64,000 nt of DNA, taken from the sequence record SRR20825010_2423; one strand, given 5' to 3'. This document shows positions 9,788-20,294 of the stretch, piece after piece. Every line of letters starts with the position of its first letter. Positions within the stretch are counted from its first letter, which is position 1. A program made the position numbers and the translations under genes. The notes under the pieces are model-generated. The model was given only the letters and a program-made list of their open reading frames with translations. It ran no database searches and was not told where the DNA came from.

Positions 9788-11185
9788 TCACGCCAGACCG
9801 GGAATCATTATCCCCGTTAGTCCGGCGGAATGAAATTGGCTTTTCAACGACTCTTTGGCTTTCGCATCACCATGCACAATCCTGATCTCCGTTGGTGGCG
9901 ACTCAATTCCGCTTACGAACCGCAGCAAATCCGATTGCCCCGCATGGGCGGAGTAACCACCCACTTGATGAACCCGGGCGCGAATATCGTAACGCTGACC
10001 GTCAAACTCCACCCAGCCACCACGAGGCCCATAGGCGAGAATATCCCTGCCCGGCGTGCCCTTGGCCTGATAGCCCACGAACAACACATCGTTGCGTTCA
10101 TCCGCCAGCATGGCCTTCAGGTAGTTCACAACCCTGCCCCCTGCACACATGCCAGAGCCAGCAAGCACCACGCAGGGGCGGTGTGACGTTGCCAGATAAT
10201 CCACGGCATTGAGGTGGTCTTCATGGCTGTTGATCAGCGTGAGTTGTTCGAACGAGAGCGGGTGCCTGCCCTGACTGACCAATTCGGTAGCTTCAGCGTC
10301 CCAGAAAGGCTTGAGGTCCCGGTAGATACGGGTAAAAGTGACGGCCAGAGGCGAATCCACAACAATCTCGAGGTCCCGCCAAGGCAAGTCCGGCCCGACT
10401 TCATCGCTGCCGAACTCATGAATCAGACTTTCAATTTCATACAGCAGATCCTGCGTACGCCCAATGCTGAACGCCGGCACCAGAACCGTCCCGCCGTCCT
10501 CAAGGGCGTGCTCCAGCACCGCCTTGAGACGATAACGACGCTCTTCCCGGCTCTCGTGGTCCTTATCGCCGTAGGTGCTTTCAATCACCAACCTATCAGC
10601 ACGCTCCGGCGGCTGTGGCTCAGGCAACAGTGGCGCATGGGAAGCCCCGAGGTCACCACTGAACACGACACGCTCGAACTCGCCATCGCTCTCCGCTTCG
10701 CACTCCACATAAGCCGAACCAAGAATATGCCCGGCCCTCTGCAACCGAACGGAAAGCGACTCATCCTTGCCATCGAACACCGAATGCCATTGCTCGTAGG
10801 GCACCGGCACAAGACGGGATCGAATCAACCCAAGCACCCTCTCAATCAGGGCTCGATCTCGGGTGAAGCCAATCTTCAGGGCATCCTCAAGAATCTCCGG
10901 CAACATAATGGCCGATGGCTCCGAACAGATAATCGGCCCGTCAAACCCGGCAGCCAGAAGATAGGGAATGCGACCGACGTGGTCGATGTGCACATGGGTG
11001 ACCACCAGCGCACGGATATGGCTAATGGAGAAATCAATGGCGAGATTCAATGCACTCGCGCCGTTACCGGCTTCCGCACCCTGGAACAGGCCGCAATCAA
11101 TCAGAATGCCGGAACGGCCAACGACCAACTCGTGGCAAGAACCGGTTACACCTGACACCGCTCCGTGGTGTTTTATATCGATCAT
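9788..11185 (-). CDS. Metallo-beta-lactamase/beta-CASP ribonuclease-family protein
   Basis: GVTGSC, DCGLFQG, THVHIDHVG, AGHILGSA, FSGDLG, ESTYG, GYQAKGTPG, YSAHA and VHG motifs. Confidence 0.93.
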   Translation of the reverse strand: MIDIKHHGAVSGVTGSCHELVVGRSGILIDCGLFQGAEAGNGASALNLAIDFSISHIRALVVTHVHIDHVGRIPYLLAAGFDGPIICSEPSAIMLPEILEDALKIGFTRDRALIERVLGLIRSRLVPVPYEQWHSVFDGKDESLSVRLQRAGHILGSAYVECEAESDGEFERVVFSGDLGASHAPLLPEPQPPERADRLVIESTYGDKDHESREERRYRLKAVLEHALEDGGTVLVPAFSIGRTQDLLYEIESLIHEFGSDEVGPDLPWRDLEIVVDSPLAVTFTRIYRDLKPFWDAEATELVSQGRHPLSFEQLTLINSHEDHLNAVDYLATSHRPCVVLAGSGMCAGGRVVNYLKAMLADERNDVLFVGYQAKGTPGRDILAYGPRGGWVEFDGQRYDIRARVHQVGGYSAHAGQSDLLRFVSGIESPPTEIRIVHGDAKAKESLKSQFHSAGLTGIMIPGLA

Positions 11186-11240
11186 TCAACACATCCTTGT
11201 TATTCACAATTCGCTTTCTGCCAGTATATTCCCAAACAGC

Positions 11241-13010
11241 TCAAAATCCCCAGACAAACGGGATCAAACCGATAGCGGTTGAGCCTACGAGCAGGCTCAA
11301 CGGAAAGCCCAAACGCACGTAATCCATGAACTGGTAGCGGCCGGGGCCATAAACCATGAGATTGGTCTGATAACCCAGAGGCGTAATAAACGACGCCGAA
11401 GCAGCGAACATCACGGCCACGGCAAACGGCAGGAAATGAACGCCTAATTGTTCAGACACCGCCAACGCAATCGGAAACATCAGCACCGCTGCCGCGTTGT
11501 TGGTAATAGCTTCGGTAAAGGCAGCGGTGAGGATATACACCAACGCCAGAGCGAGCCAGGGCGTGAGCGGGCCGAACAGGCCCAGCAGGCTGGCGGCTAC
11601 CCACTCTGCTCCGCCAGTTTCTGCCATGGCATTACCCAAGGCAAAGGAGGCCGCGACCACCACCAGTACAGGCAGGTCCACACTGCGGCGGGCGCGGCTG
11701 GCGGTAATGCAACCGGTTACAATCATCGTACCGGCCGCCAGGAATGCCGCTTCAATAATCTGCAGCAGGCCCGTGGCGCTAGCCACAACCATCAGCAAGA
11801 GGATTCCAAGGGCTCGGGGCGCCTTGTGGAAATCCGGTGGCGTGGAATCGTTCAGGGCGCTGACCAACAGGAAGTCTCGGCGAAAACGGTATTGCTCCAC
11901 AAATTCGTGGCTAGCCTCCAGCAACAGGGTATCCCCCATCCTGAACGTAATATCGCCCAATTTTCCCGGCACCCGTTTGCCCTCGCGGGAAACGGAAAGA
12001 ATCGCAGCATTAAAACGGGTACGGAAACGACTTTCCTGCACCGTCTTACCCAGGGCCGGGAACTCCTGACCAAGCACCACTTCAACCAGGCAGCGCTGAT
12101 GATTCGCCAAGTCCAGTTTCTGGATACCCGCCTGTGCGGGTTTCAACCCTTGAATACGTCGCAATTCGCTGGCGCACTCGGGCGCCCCAACAAAGTACAG
12201 TTTGTCGCCGGACTGCAACATCCGGTCCGGCTCCGCCGCTGTAATTAGCCGGCCGCCACGATCGATTTCAGTCAGATAGCCGTAACTGAGCGCCCGCAAA
12301 CCAGCCTGGGTAATCGTCTTGCCCACCAACGGGCCTAAGGCTTCTACTTCCACCTCAACCCCGTACTCACGAACCTGATCCAGTTCTTCCTTCATCCCCC
12401 CACGGTCCGGCAGTATTCGCGAGGCCACCAACACCAGATAGCACCCGCCCACCAACAACAAGGGAACACCAACCCAGGCCAACTCGAATAACCCCAGGTT
12501 AATCCCCATACGCGTTTGCAACATGCCGTCCACCACCAAGTTGGTGCTGGTACCTATCAGTGTGCAGGTACCGCCCAGAATGGCGGCATAACTCAGGGGT
12601 AACAGAAGACGGGAGGAAGGAATGCCCAGACGCTGGGCCCAGTCTTGAATGGCGGGGATGAACATGGCGACAACAGCCGTATTGTTCATAAAGCCGCTGA
12701 GGATACCTGTCGGCGCCAACATTCGTAGCTGTGCGCCCTTTTCGGTTTTTGGATGCCCCAGCAGCAAACGGGCAATCCACTGCACCGCACCGGTTTCTTT
12801 CAAACCGGCTGCGACAACATATAGCGTACCAATCGTAATCACGCCCGGGTTCGAAAAACCGGCTAATGCCTCAATAGGCCTCAGGATTCCCGTGATCAGT
12901 AGGAAAGCCAGGGCCGCCATCAACACCAGATCCGCAGCAACCCGGGTAATTGCCAACGCAGCCAAGACGGTAAACAGGGTGAGCAGCGTTACAACGGCTT
13001 CCCATGCCAT
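11241..13010 (-). CDS. SLC13-family permease with two TrkA-C (RCK_C) domains
   Basis: SGFMNNTAVVA, LGGTCTLIGTSTNL, ITNNAAAVLM and TPLGYQTNLMV, with a central soluble repeat region. Confidence 0.92.
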   Translation of the reverse strand: MAWEAVVTLLTLFTVLAALAITRVAADLVLMAALAFLLITGILRPIEALAGFSNPGVITIGTLYVVAAGLKETGAVQWIARLLLGHPKTEKGAQLRMLAPTGILSGFMNNTAVVAMFIPAIQDWAQRLGIPSSRLLLPLSYAAILGGTCTLIGTSTNLVVDGMLQTRMGINLGLFELAWVGVPLLLVGGCYLVLVASRILPDRGGMKEELDQVREYGVEVEVEALGPLVGKTITQAGLRALSYGYLTEIDRGGRLITAAEPDRMLQSGDKLYFVGAPECASELRRIQGLKPAQAGIQKLDLANHQRCLVEVVLGQEFPALGKTVQESRFRTRFNAAILSVSREGKRVPGKLGDITFRMGDTLLLEASHEFVEQYRFRRDFLLVSALNDSTPPDFHKAPRALGILLLMVVASATGLLQIIEAAFLAAGTMIVTGCITASRARRSVDLPVLVVVAASFALGNAMAETGGAEWVAASLLGLFGPLTPWLALALVYILTAAFTEAITNNAAAVLMFPIALAVSEQLGVHFLPFAVAVMFAASASFITPLGYQTNLMVYGPGRYQFMDYVRLGFPLSLLVGSTAIGLIPFVWGF

Positions 13011-13072
13011 AAGTGCTCAGACTCCAATAAAAGTGCAAAACTACAACCATTCTTTCGGAAGTCAGATTTTGC

Positions 13073-15013
13073 CTACACTGACAAACGGCGCACCTTCTCG
13101 CTATGAAGCTCGGCAACCACAGCATCTGATTGCCCATTACACCATACCAAGTCTTCCAGGTTACCGTTGGGTGCGTAGCCCGTTTTGGCGCTCTTAAGTA
13201 CTTCAATAATTGCGCTGCAATCAAAAGACTGGCTAGCCCGCTGCAATTGACTGAGGTAGTCCTCTACCTGCTCCCAGGGAAGGTAAACCTCGCGTGCCAT
13301 CATGATTCTCGGGTGTGAAGTGCCCTGCGGGTCGTCACCAATCAAGAGCTCTTCATACAACTTCTCCCCCGGGCGCAAGCCGGTAAACGTCACCTCGATA
13401 TCGCCTGAGGGATTGCTTTCCGTTTTCTCTTCCAGTCCCATAAGGTGAATCATCTTTCGGGCCAGGTCCGCAATTTTTACCGGCTCGCCCATGTCCAGCA
13501 CAAATACCTCGCCGCCCAATCCAATACTACCTGCCTGAAGCACCAGTTGGCTGGCTTCTGGGATGGTCATAAAATAGCGAATAATGTCCGGATGGGTAAC
13601 GGTAATCGGGCCACCGTCGCGAATCTGATCCCGGAATAACGGCACTACAGAGCCTGAAGAACCCAACACGTTTCCAAACCGAACCATTGAGAACACCGTC
13701 TTTTGCTGCCGCTGAGCCAACGCTTGCAGCACCAGCTCAGCCATCCGCTTACTGGCACCCATAACATTGGTGGGGCGAACTGCTTTATCCGTAGAAATCA
13801 ATACAAAGCGCTCAACGCCGGCCGTAATCGCCGCTTCCGCGGTATGCCAAGTGCCGAACACATTGTTCTGGACGCCTTCGATTACATTGTGCTCAACCAG
13901 CGGCACATGCTTATAAGCGGCGGCGTGATAAACCGTCTGCACACCGAATGCCCGCATCGCGGACTCACACCGCCGGCGGTGGCTCACATTGCCAAGGAGC
14001 GGGTGTAGCTCTACTCCAAGATCTTCAATACGGTTAAGAGCACTCAGCTCCCGCTCAATGGCGTAAAGGGAAAACTCAGACTGTTCAAACAGCACCAGCG
14101 CGCGCGGGCGGTGGCGAATAATCTGCCGACAAAGCTCAGATCCAATCGAACCGCCCGCCCCAGTGACCATCACCGTCTTCTGGTAAAGACTCTTCGCGAC
14201 AACAGCCGAGTCCGGCCGAACAGGGTCCCGCCCTAGCAGATCTTCAATTTCCAAGTCCCGAATATCATTGATCCGCGCCTGGCCAGCCACCAGTTCCGAC
14301 ATGGAAGGCACTGTCTGCACCGGAATCGACAACGGCTCCAGTTGTTTCAGCAGTTTTTTCCGATCAATCTGTGTATGTTCATCCAGTGCCAGCAATATCC
14401 TCTGCACGCGATGTTTAGGCATGTGCTTGGCAATGTGATTAATGCTAACTACTGGCAATCCATTGATCATGGATTTGTGGCTCGCCCGATCGAAAGTTAC
14501 GAATACTACTGGGCGGTATTCCGTGCCCTGCTCCAGTGCGGAGGCCAATTGCATGCCCGTTTCGCCCGCCCCCACAATCGCGACCGATTCTTTTGCTCTT
14601 TGTTTGGGATGGTTTACGATCATTCGCACCCCCAGACGGGAACCGCTGACGAAAATAAACGCCAGCGCTCCGTATATGATCGGTACAGAACGGGGGACAA
14701 ATACCTGGAGAAGATAGCCGAGAACGATCAATGATATGGCTGAGAGCGAAACCCCGTAGATAATGGTGAGGAATGCTTTATCTCCAAGATAGCGGATTAC
14801 AGCCCGGTATAAACCGAGGCGGATAAACACGGCGATGGTGAAAACGACCGTGATGGATGCCACCACCAGCTGATCACGGCTGGGCACCCACAGATGCTGC
14901 TCCAGCCTAAGCGCATAAGCAGCCCATATAGCAGCGAACAGAACGGCCATATCAGAGACAACAGATATGATGCGCTTCTGCACCCTTGGAAGATTTAGAA
15001 ATGTCTTGATCAC
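13073..15013 (-). CDS. wbpM: Membrane-anchored UDP-GlcNAc 4,6-dehydratase (WbpM/PglF/CapD family)
   Basis: N-terminal TM helices, then EDLLGR, VTGAGGSIGSE, HAAAYKHVP, STDKAVRPTNVMGASK, VRFGNVLGSSGSV and GLRPGEKLYEEL. Confidence 0.93.
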   Translation of the reverse strand: MIKTFLNLPRVQKRIISVVSDMAVLFAAIWAAYALRLEQHLWVPSRDQLVVASITVVFTIAVFIRLGLYRAVIRYLGDKAFLTIIYGVSLSAISLIVLGYLLQVFVPRSVPIIYGALAFIFVSGSRLGVRMIVNHPKQRAKESVAIVGAGETGMQLASALEQGTEYRPVVFVTFDRASHKSMINGLPVVSINHIAKHMPKHRVQRILLALDEHTQIDRKKLLKQLEPLSIPVQTVPSMSELVAGQARINDIRDLEIEDLLGRDPVRPDSAVVAKSLYQKTVMVTGAGGSIGSELCRQIIRHRPRALVLFEQSEFSLYAIERELSALNRIEDLGVELHPLLGNVSHRRRCESAMRAFGVQTVYHAAAYKHVPLVEHNVIEGVQNNVFGTWHTAEAAITAGVERFVLISTDKAVRPTNVMGASKRMAELVLQALAQRQQKTVFSMVRFGNVLGSSGSVVPLFRDQIRDGGPITVTHPDIIRYFMTIPEASQLVLQAGSIGLGGEVFVLDMGEPVKIADLARKMIHLMGLEEKTESNPSGDIEVTFTGLRPGEKLYEELLIGDDPQGTSHPRIMMAREVYLPWEQVEDYLSQLQRASQSFDCSAIIEVLKSAKTGYAPNGNLEDLVWCNGQSDAVVAELHSEKVRRLSV

Positions 15014-15015
15014 GG

Positions 15016-15567
15016 TCAGTCCTTTACACGATCACCAGCACCCTTGCCGAGTACAGTATGAACAATATAACGAAAGTAGCTTTTCAGATTCAGGCTCTCT
15101 AACATCTTAGCATCTGTTTCCGCCAGCAAACGTGGCGTGGACATGTCGATATTGTTAATTTGCGCCAAACCAGTGATGCCTGGGCGAGCTTTAAGCACCC
15201 CCCTGGACTCCCGTTCTGCAATCAGATCCTCTTGATTGAACAGACAAGGTCGCGGCCCAACAAGACTCATCTCTCCTTTTAACACATTCCAGAGCTGTGG
15301 AAGTTCATCCAGTTTGGTGCGTCGCAGAAAACGTCCGAAGGGCGTAATCGAGGCCGTGCTAGCGAGGTGACTCGCTACCGAGGCAGTATCTTTCTTCATA
15401 GTTCGGAATTTGACCAAAGTGAATGGCTTCTTGTTCCGCCCCACCCGCTCTTGTCGAAAAACGGGGGAGCCGGTGTCAAACACTCCGATTACAACCAGCA
15501 AAAGCAACACCGGCGAACCGACTACCAACCCAAACAGTGCGAACAAAGAATCAAAAAAACGAAGCAC
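15016..15567 (-). CDS. Initiating phosphoglycosyl transferase (small PglC-like sugar transferase)
   Basis: [39 protein letters not shown] and PGITGLAQ. Confidence 0.93.
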   Translation of the reverse strand: MLRFFDSLFALFGLVVGSPVLLLLVVIGVFDTGSPVFRQERVGRNKKPFTLVKFRTMKKDTASVASHLASTASITPFGRFLRRTKLDELPQLWNVLKGEMSLVGPRPCLFNQEDLIAERESRGVLKARPGITGLAQINNIDMSTPRLLAETDAKMLESLNLKSYFRYIVHTVLGKGAGDRVKD

Positions 15568-15576
15568 ACATAACCC

Positions 15577-16506
15577 TTAGTGGTCGGGAAAACACAATTT
15601 CAGCCCCTCCTCAACACTCAGCGGAGGCGTCCAGCCAAGCAGTTTCTGGGCTTTGGAGATATCCACCTGCAAAGAACCCAGCAAACGCTGAGCCATAGCC
15701 TTTTTACCCAGTATACTGGCACCTGACATCAACAACCCCGCAGGCACTGGCACCAGACGCGAAGGCTTGCCCATCGCCACGGCAACAGCACGTAGGAGTT
15801 CTGTGGTCGAAATATCTTCGCCATCACCTGCAAGAAAAACCTGATTAGCTGCAGCCGGGTGGTCAATGCAGGTAATAATCATATCCACTAGGTTATCCAA
15901 AGCCACTAAAGAACGTTTATTGTGGACCGAGCCAAGGGGGAGAGGAAAGCCTTTTTCCACACAGCGAGTCAGAGTTCCAAAGTTTCCGGGAGCATCGCGA
16001 CCGTATATTAGTGGGGGGCGGATGATAACTACAGCCATCCCGCTGTCTTCCTGAACTCGCCACAACCCCTTCTCAGCTTCCCACTTAGATTGAGCGTAGA
16101 AATTCGACGGATCTGGCAAATCGTCTTCTTTAAAGGGGCGTGTGTTAACATCTCCATTTACTCCTATTGAGCTTATGAAGATAAACCGTTTTACCCCTGC
16201 CGAAGCAGCTTGGCGCGCAAGATTGACGGTTCCATCCACATTAGCTTTACGATATTCCGATAACTCACGATTCGAGTCCCCCACATTTACGTGAGCGCGA
16301 GCCGCAAGATGGACCACCAACTCCTGCCTCTGAAGTGCATGAAACCAATCGGTATTTGCCCCCAAGTCATCAATTAGAACTTCATTACAACTGATTTTAG
16401 TTTTTTGTCTTACAGCACAAGTCAATTCTATCCCAGCATTTTGTTCAAGGTATGCTCGCAACCGGAGACCAACAAAGCCAGTTCCGCCTGTCAATAAAAT
16501 TTTCAC
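15577..16506 (-). CDS. NAD-dependent epimerase/4-reductase (WbpV/WbpK-like)
   Basis: TGGTGFVG, HLAARAH, FISSIGVNG, YAQSKWEAE and RPPLIYG. GTG at 16506 has better RBS spacing than TTG at 16512. Confidence 0.85.
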   Translation of the reverse strand: MKILLTGGTGFVGLRLRAYLEQNAGIELTCAVRQKTKISCNEVLIDDLGANTDWFHALQRQELVVHLAARAHVNVGDSNRELSEYRKANVDGTVNLARQAASAGVKRFIFISSIGVNGDVNTRPFKEDDLPDPSNFYAQSKWEAEKGLWRVQEDSGMAVVIIRPPLIYGRDAPGNFGTLTRCVEKGFPLPLGSVHNKRSLVALDNLVDMIITCIDHPAAANQVFLAGDGEDISTTELLRAVAVAMGKPSRLVPVPAGLLMSGASILGKKAMAQRLLGSLQVDISKAQKLLGWTPPLSVEEGLKLCFPDH

Positions 16507-16534
16507 AAACAATATCCTAACTTATAGTGACATT

Positions 16535-17776
16535 CTAAAATAGAGACTTGGGACCAGACTTCTCTTTAATAAATCGATGTTTTACCATTAAACTGAGGAC
16601 GATTTCGGAGTATTTTCTAAGCGACTCTTCCTCAGAAAAGTTTTCTATAAGAGTTTTTCTTGGTGAAAATTTTGTTCTTCTAGGATCATAAGTACTGCAT
16701 ATTTCATCAATTTTCTCTGACAACGCTTTCGGGTTACCGCTTTTGCAAAACCAACCCAACTTGAAATCTCTCAGTAAAAGCTCAAGCTCCGAACCCTCAT
16801 CCGAAATTAATAGGATTGGTTTATTCGCTGCCATAGAGAAATATGCCTTACTGGGAACGCCAAGGCCATACATACCTTTACTAAGACTAACGATAGAAAT
16901 ATCCGTACTATTCAAGCCTAGATTATTTTTTTCCAAATCTAACCTACCAAAATAAAAACAATTTTTCTTTCCAATAGTTTCAACAAACCTCTTAACCTTG
17001 AAATCCTCAGCGCCGTCTCCAATAAAAAGAAACCGAGCCTCAGAGGTTCGAACATACTTTATAGCATCCAATAGATCCGAAATCCCTTGCGTTCGCCCTA
17101 AATTACCGAAAAAACAAAATACAATATTGCCTTGCCAACCTAAATCGCCGATAATCGAGCTCTCACTTTTAGGAGTTGGAAAAATCTTTTTGTGGTCCGC
17201 CCAGTTGGAAACAACAGCTATTTTGTCCGAGCGAACCCCTTTTTCAATAAGTTTTTCAGCCATATCCCGGCCGATAGGCGCTACAATATCTGGCGATCTG
17301 TATACACGAGAAAAAAAATTATTCAAAATACTAAAAATCCAACCTTTACTGAAGACGCCAGAAGGCACTAAGTTGTCGGGAAATATATCATGACAAACAA
17401 CTATCCATCTAAACCCCATCACTCTCTTTATAATAGCGGTAAGAAAAACTGAGATAATAGGGTTTGTCCCTGTCATAACAACCTGACCGGACTTAACTAA
17501 ACGTGCCAGCCTCCAATTTAGAAAAAACGCAAAATTTACTTGACCAAGAATACGAGAAAAAATCTTATTTTTATCGACTCCTATATCTTTTACAAACTCT
17601 ACCTTAACTGAGTATTCTTTAAAAAATGAGTTCGTACTTTTATTATATGGACATATTACAACAACATCAAAAAAATTATTGAGATAGAGCGCAATTTTTG
17701 CCCAGTAATATGCAGTAGAATTATGATTAAAACCTATATATTCAGTAACAATAAATATATTTTTTCTCTTTTCCAC
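16535..17776 (-). CDS. GT4-family glycosyltransferase, WbuB-like (probable L-FucNAc transferase)
   Basis: TNP, HDIFPD, NWAD, GNLGRTQG and VPSKAY..MAANKP motifs. Lies immediately downstream of fnlABC and is AT-rich. Confidence 0.8.
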   Translation of the reverse strand: MEKRKNIFIVTEYIGFNHNSTAYYWAKIALYLNNFFDVVVICPYNKSTNSFFKEYSVKVEFVKDIGVDKNKIFSRILGQVNFAFFLNWRLARLVKSGQVVMTGTNPIISVFLTAIIKRVMGFRWIVVCHDIFPDNLVPSGVFSKGWIFSILNNFFSRVYRSPDIVAPIGRDMAEKLIEKGVRSDKIAVVSNWADHKKIFPTPKSESSIIGDLGWQGNIVFCFFGNLGRTQGISDLLDAIKYVRTSEARFLFIGDGAEDFKVKRFVETIGKKNCFYFGRLDLEKNNLGLNSTDISIVSLSKGMYGLGVPSKAYFSMAANKPILLISDEGSELELLLRDFKLGWFCKSGNPKALSEKIDEICSTYDPRRTKFSPRKTLIENFSEEESLRKYSEIVLSLMVKHRFIKEKSGPKSLF

Positions 17777-17998
17777 ATTAACGCTCTTTCAAGGTTTTTA
17801 TCGCTTTTTTCAATCACGATAATTATAAATAAATGAAAATTTTTTGATACGTCAAGCATATTTAGAGGTTATAAACGACAGAACGCAATCCATACCATAT
17901 CTTTAATCTACAAAATTTCTGAACACTACCCTGTCTGCTCCTTATCCTAACCCACTATTATGACCTAACCGGAATAGCGATTTTTCATCGATAGCGGG

Positions 17999-19135
17999 TC
18001 AATATCTCTTCCACACAACTCGATTCACATAATCAGTGTAGCTTTGAATAATGCGCACTACCTTGTCAGAAACATTCGGTATGCTGTAGTCCGCAACTAG
18101 GCGAAGTCCCCTATTTTCCCCGCGCGGCTGCGTCTCAAGAATCGCAAGCCCCTGCCTAACGCGCTCCAATTCCAACCCCACCATCATAACAGCGGCTTCT
18201 TCCATACCCTCTGGTCGCTCGTGGGCCTCCCGCATGTTTAACGCCGGGAAATTCAAAATCGACGACTCCTCATTAATTGTTCCACTATCTGACAAAACCG
18301 CACGGGCCGATAACTGAAGCTTCACGTAATCATGGAATCCCAGCGGCCTCAAAAGTCGCACCTTGTCGTGAAAGACCGAACCAGTAGTATTGATGCGATT
18401 CTGCGTTCTAGGGTGGGTAGAAACGACCACCGGCAGATTATGGTCTTCGGCAACGCCATTCAATGTTTCCACGAGCCTAGCGAACGAGCGCTCAGATTCG
18501 ATGTTCTCCTCCCGGTGGACGCTCACCACGAAATACTGATCAGCCTCAAGCGAGAGTCGGCCTAGGACATCAGATGCCTCAATGCGGGGGCGATAGTAAT
18601 TCAGCACTTCAAACATCGGGCTACCAGTTTTGATTACCTGATCTGGAGCCAACCCTTCACGCAACAAGTAGTCCCGGGCAATGCTGCTGTAGGTCAAATT
18701 AATGTCTGCAGTGTGATCGACAATTTTTCGATTGGTTTCCTCTGGAACCCGCTGATCAAAGCAACGATTACCCGCTTCCATATGAAAAATCGGTATTTGC
18801 CGGCGCTTGGCCGGAATAACGGAAAGACAACTGTTCGTATCGCCGAGCACCAGCAAGGCCTCTGGACACTCCTCACCCAATACTTCATCAACCGCAGATA
18901 TCACATTACCTATGGTATTCGCAGCTCCTTTGCTGCCTGTGGCACTGTTCAGGAAATGATCCGGCTTACGAATGCCCAAGTCGTCGAAAAACACTTGGTT
19001 CAATTCGTAATCATAATTCTGCCCCGTGTGAACCAGGATGTGCTCACAATACTCATCCAAACGTGCCAAAACGCGAGATAGTCGAATAATCTCTGGACGG
19101 GTACCGACTATGGTTACGACTTTCAACTTTTTCAT
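17999..19135 (-). CDS. fnlC: Non-hydrolysing UDP-HexNAc 2-epimerase (FnlC/WbjD/CapG)
   Basis: VGTRPEIIRLS, HTGQNYDYEL, LGDTNS, HMEAGNRCFDQRVPEE, SDSGT and HERPEG. Third gene of an fnlABC-type trio. Confidence 0.9.
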   Translation of the reverse strand: MKKLKVVTIVGTRPEIIRLSRVLARLDEYCEHILVHTGQNYDYELNQVFFDDLGIRKPDHFLNSATGSKGAANTIGNVISAVDEVLGEECPEALLVLGDTNSCLSVIPAKRRQIPIFHMEAGNRCFDQRVPEETNRKIVDHTADINLTYSSIARDYLLREGLAPDQVIKTGSPMFEVLNYYRPRIEASDVLGRLSLEADQYFVVSVHREENIESERSFARLVETLNGVAEDHNLPVVVSTHPRTQNRINTTGSVFHDKVRLLRPLGFHDYVKLQLSARAVLSDSGTINEESSILNFPALNMREAHERPEGMEEAAVMMVGLELERVRQGLAILETQPRGENRGLRLVADYSIPNVSDKVVRIIQSYTDYVNRVVWKRY

Positions 19136-19164
19136 GGGGACTCTCATGACTAAAAAAGAATAAA

Positions 19165-20289
19165 TTAGAGAGAACAGGCATACGTATCTGGTTTCTCTCT
19201 GTCAAAAATCTCGTTGGCCCAAAGCATACATATAAGCTCGCCATCGCCGATGTTCGTGATGTCATGGGTCCAGCCGGGCACCGTCTCTACGATTTCCGAT
19301 TTTTCTCCCCGGGTTACCAACTCATACTCTTCACCGGTCTGCATATGCCGGAACTTGAACATTGCAGTTCCAGAGATCACCAGGAACTTCTCCGTTTTGG
19401 AATGATGATAATGTCCACCTCGTGTTATTCCCGGGTGGGCCGTGAAGAACGAAAACTGCCCGCAGTCCGGAGTTTTCAACATTTCCACGAACACACCTCG
19501 CGCGTCTCCGTGCTGCGGCACAGTGTAAGAAAATTGTTCAGGACGCAAAAAACTAAGATAAGTGGAATACAAAGCCCGGATCAGGCCTATTCCAACCCTG
19601 AGCGTCAACAGTGTTTCACGGCTGTCCCTAAATTTCTGAATAGTCTCGGCAAGCTGACCCACCGTTGTAGCATATTCAGGATGAACCTGATCAAAGCCTT
19701 CAGCATCGCGATTCGGCATAGCGCCGTCCAAAAGCGACACAAAGCGCTCAACTACATCATCCACATACACAAGCCGCAAAGCAGCTCCAGCATCGTTGAC
19801 TGAAATGGGAAGGCCCTGTGAAATATTGTGACAGAAAGTCGCAACCACAGAATTGTAGTTTGGGCGAGACCATTTACCAAAGACATTAGGGAGCCGAAAC
19901 ACATGCACCGGTACATCAAAATCGCGACCATAATCGAGAACTGCCGACTCGGCATCTCTCTTACTTCGGCCATAATCATTATTGAGTGCCGCTTGGGTTG
20001 ATGATGACAACACCACCGGCACTTTATCACCCTTTTTTGCCCGGGCCGACAAACTCTTACAAAGCCAAGACGTTAGATCCGCATTCGTTTCGCGAAATTC
20101 TTCGGGACACTTGGGACGATTCACGCCCGCCAGATGAAAAACGAAATCGGCCTCAGAGATAGCCTGTTCAAACTCTTCACGAGATGACTCTCGGGAAATT
20201 AATAGCAACTCAGTGTCGGACCGTTCGGCGAGATGCTGTTGAAGATTTTTCCCAATAAACCCATTCGCACCGGTAATCATTACTCGCAT
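19165..20289 (-). CDS. fnlB: UDP-L-FucNAc pathway reductase with a C-terminal cupin (FnlB/WbjC/CapF)
   Basis: TGANGFIG, HLAGVNRP, NVFGKWSRPNYNSVVATFC, RGGHYHHSKTEKF and PGWTHDI. Confidence 0.92.
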   Translation of the reverse strand: MRVMITGANGFIGKNLQQHLAERSDTELLLISRESSREEFEQAISEADFVFHLAGVNRPKCPEEFRETNADLTSWLCKSLSARAKKGDKVPVVLSSSTQAALNNDYGRSKRDAESAVLDYGRDFDVPVHVFRLPNVFGKWSRPNYNSVVATFCHNISQGLPISVNDAGAALRLVYVDDVVERFVSLLDGAMPNRDAEGFDQVHPEYATTVGQLAETIQKFRDSRETLLTLRVGIGLIRALYSTYLSFLRPEQFSYTVPQHGDARGVFVEMLKTPDCGQFSFFTAHPGITRGGHYHHSKTEKFLVISGTAMFKFRHMQTGEEYELVTRGEKSEIVETVPGWTHDITNIGDGELICMLWANEIFDREKPDTYACSL

Positions 20290-20294
20290 AACGT

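Noticed and set aside
9788..11185. Beta-CASP nuclease as an anti-phage defence gene
   Set aside because: No partner defence genes nearby, and this family is a common passenger of polysaccharide loci.
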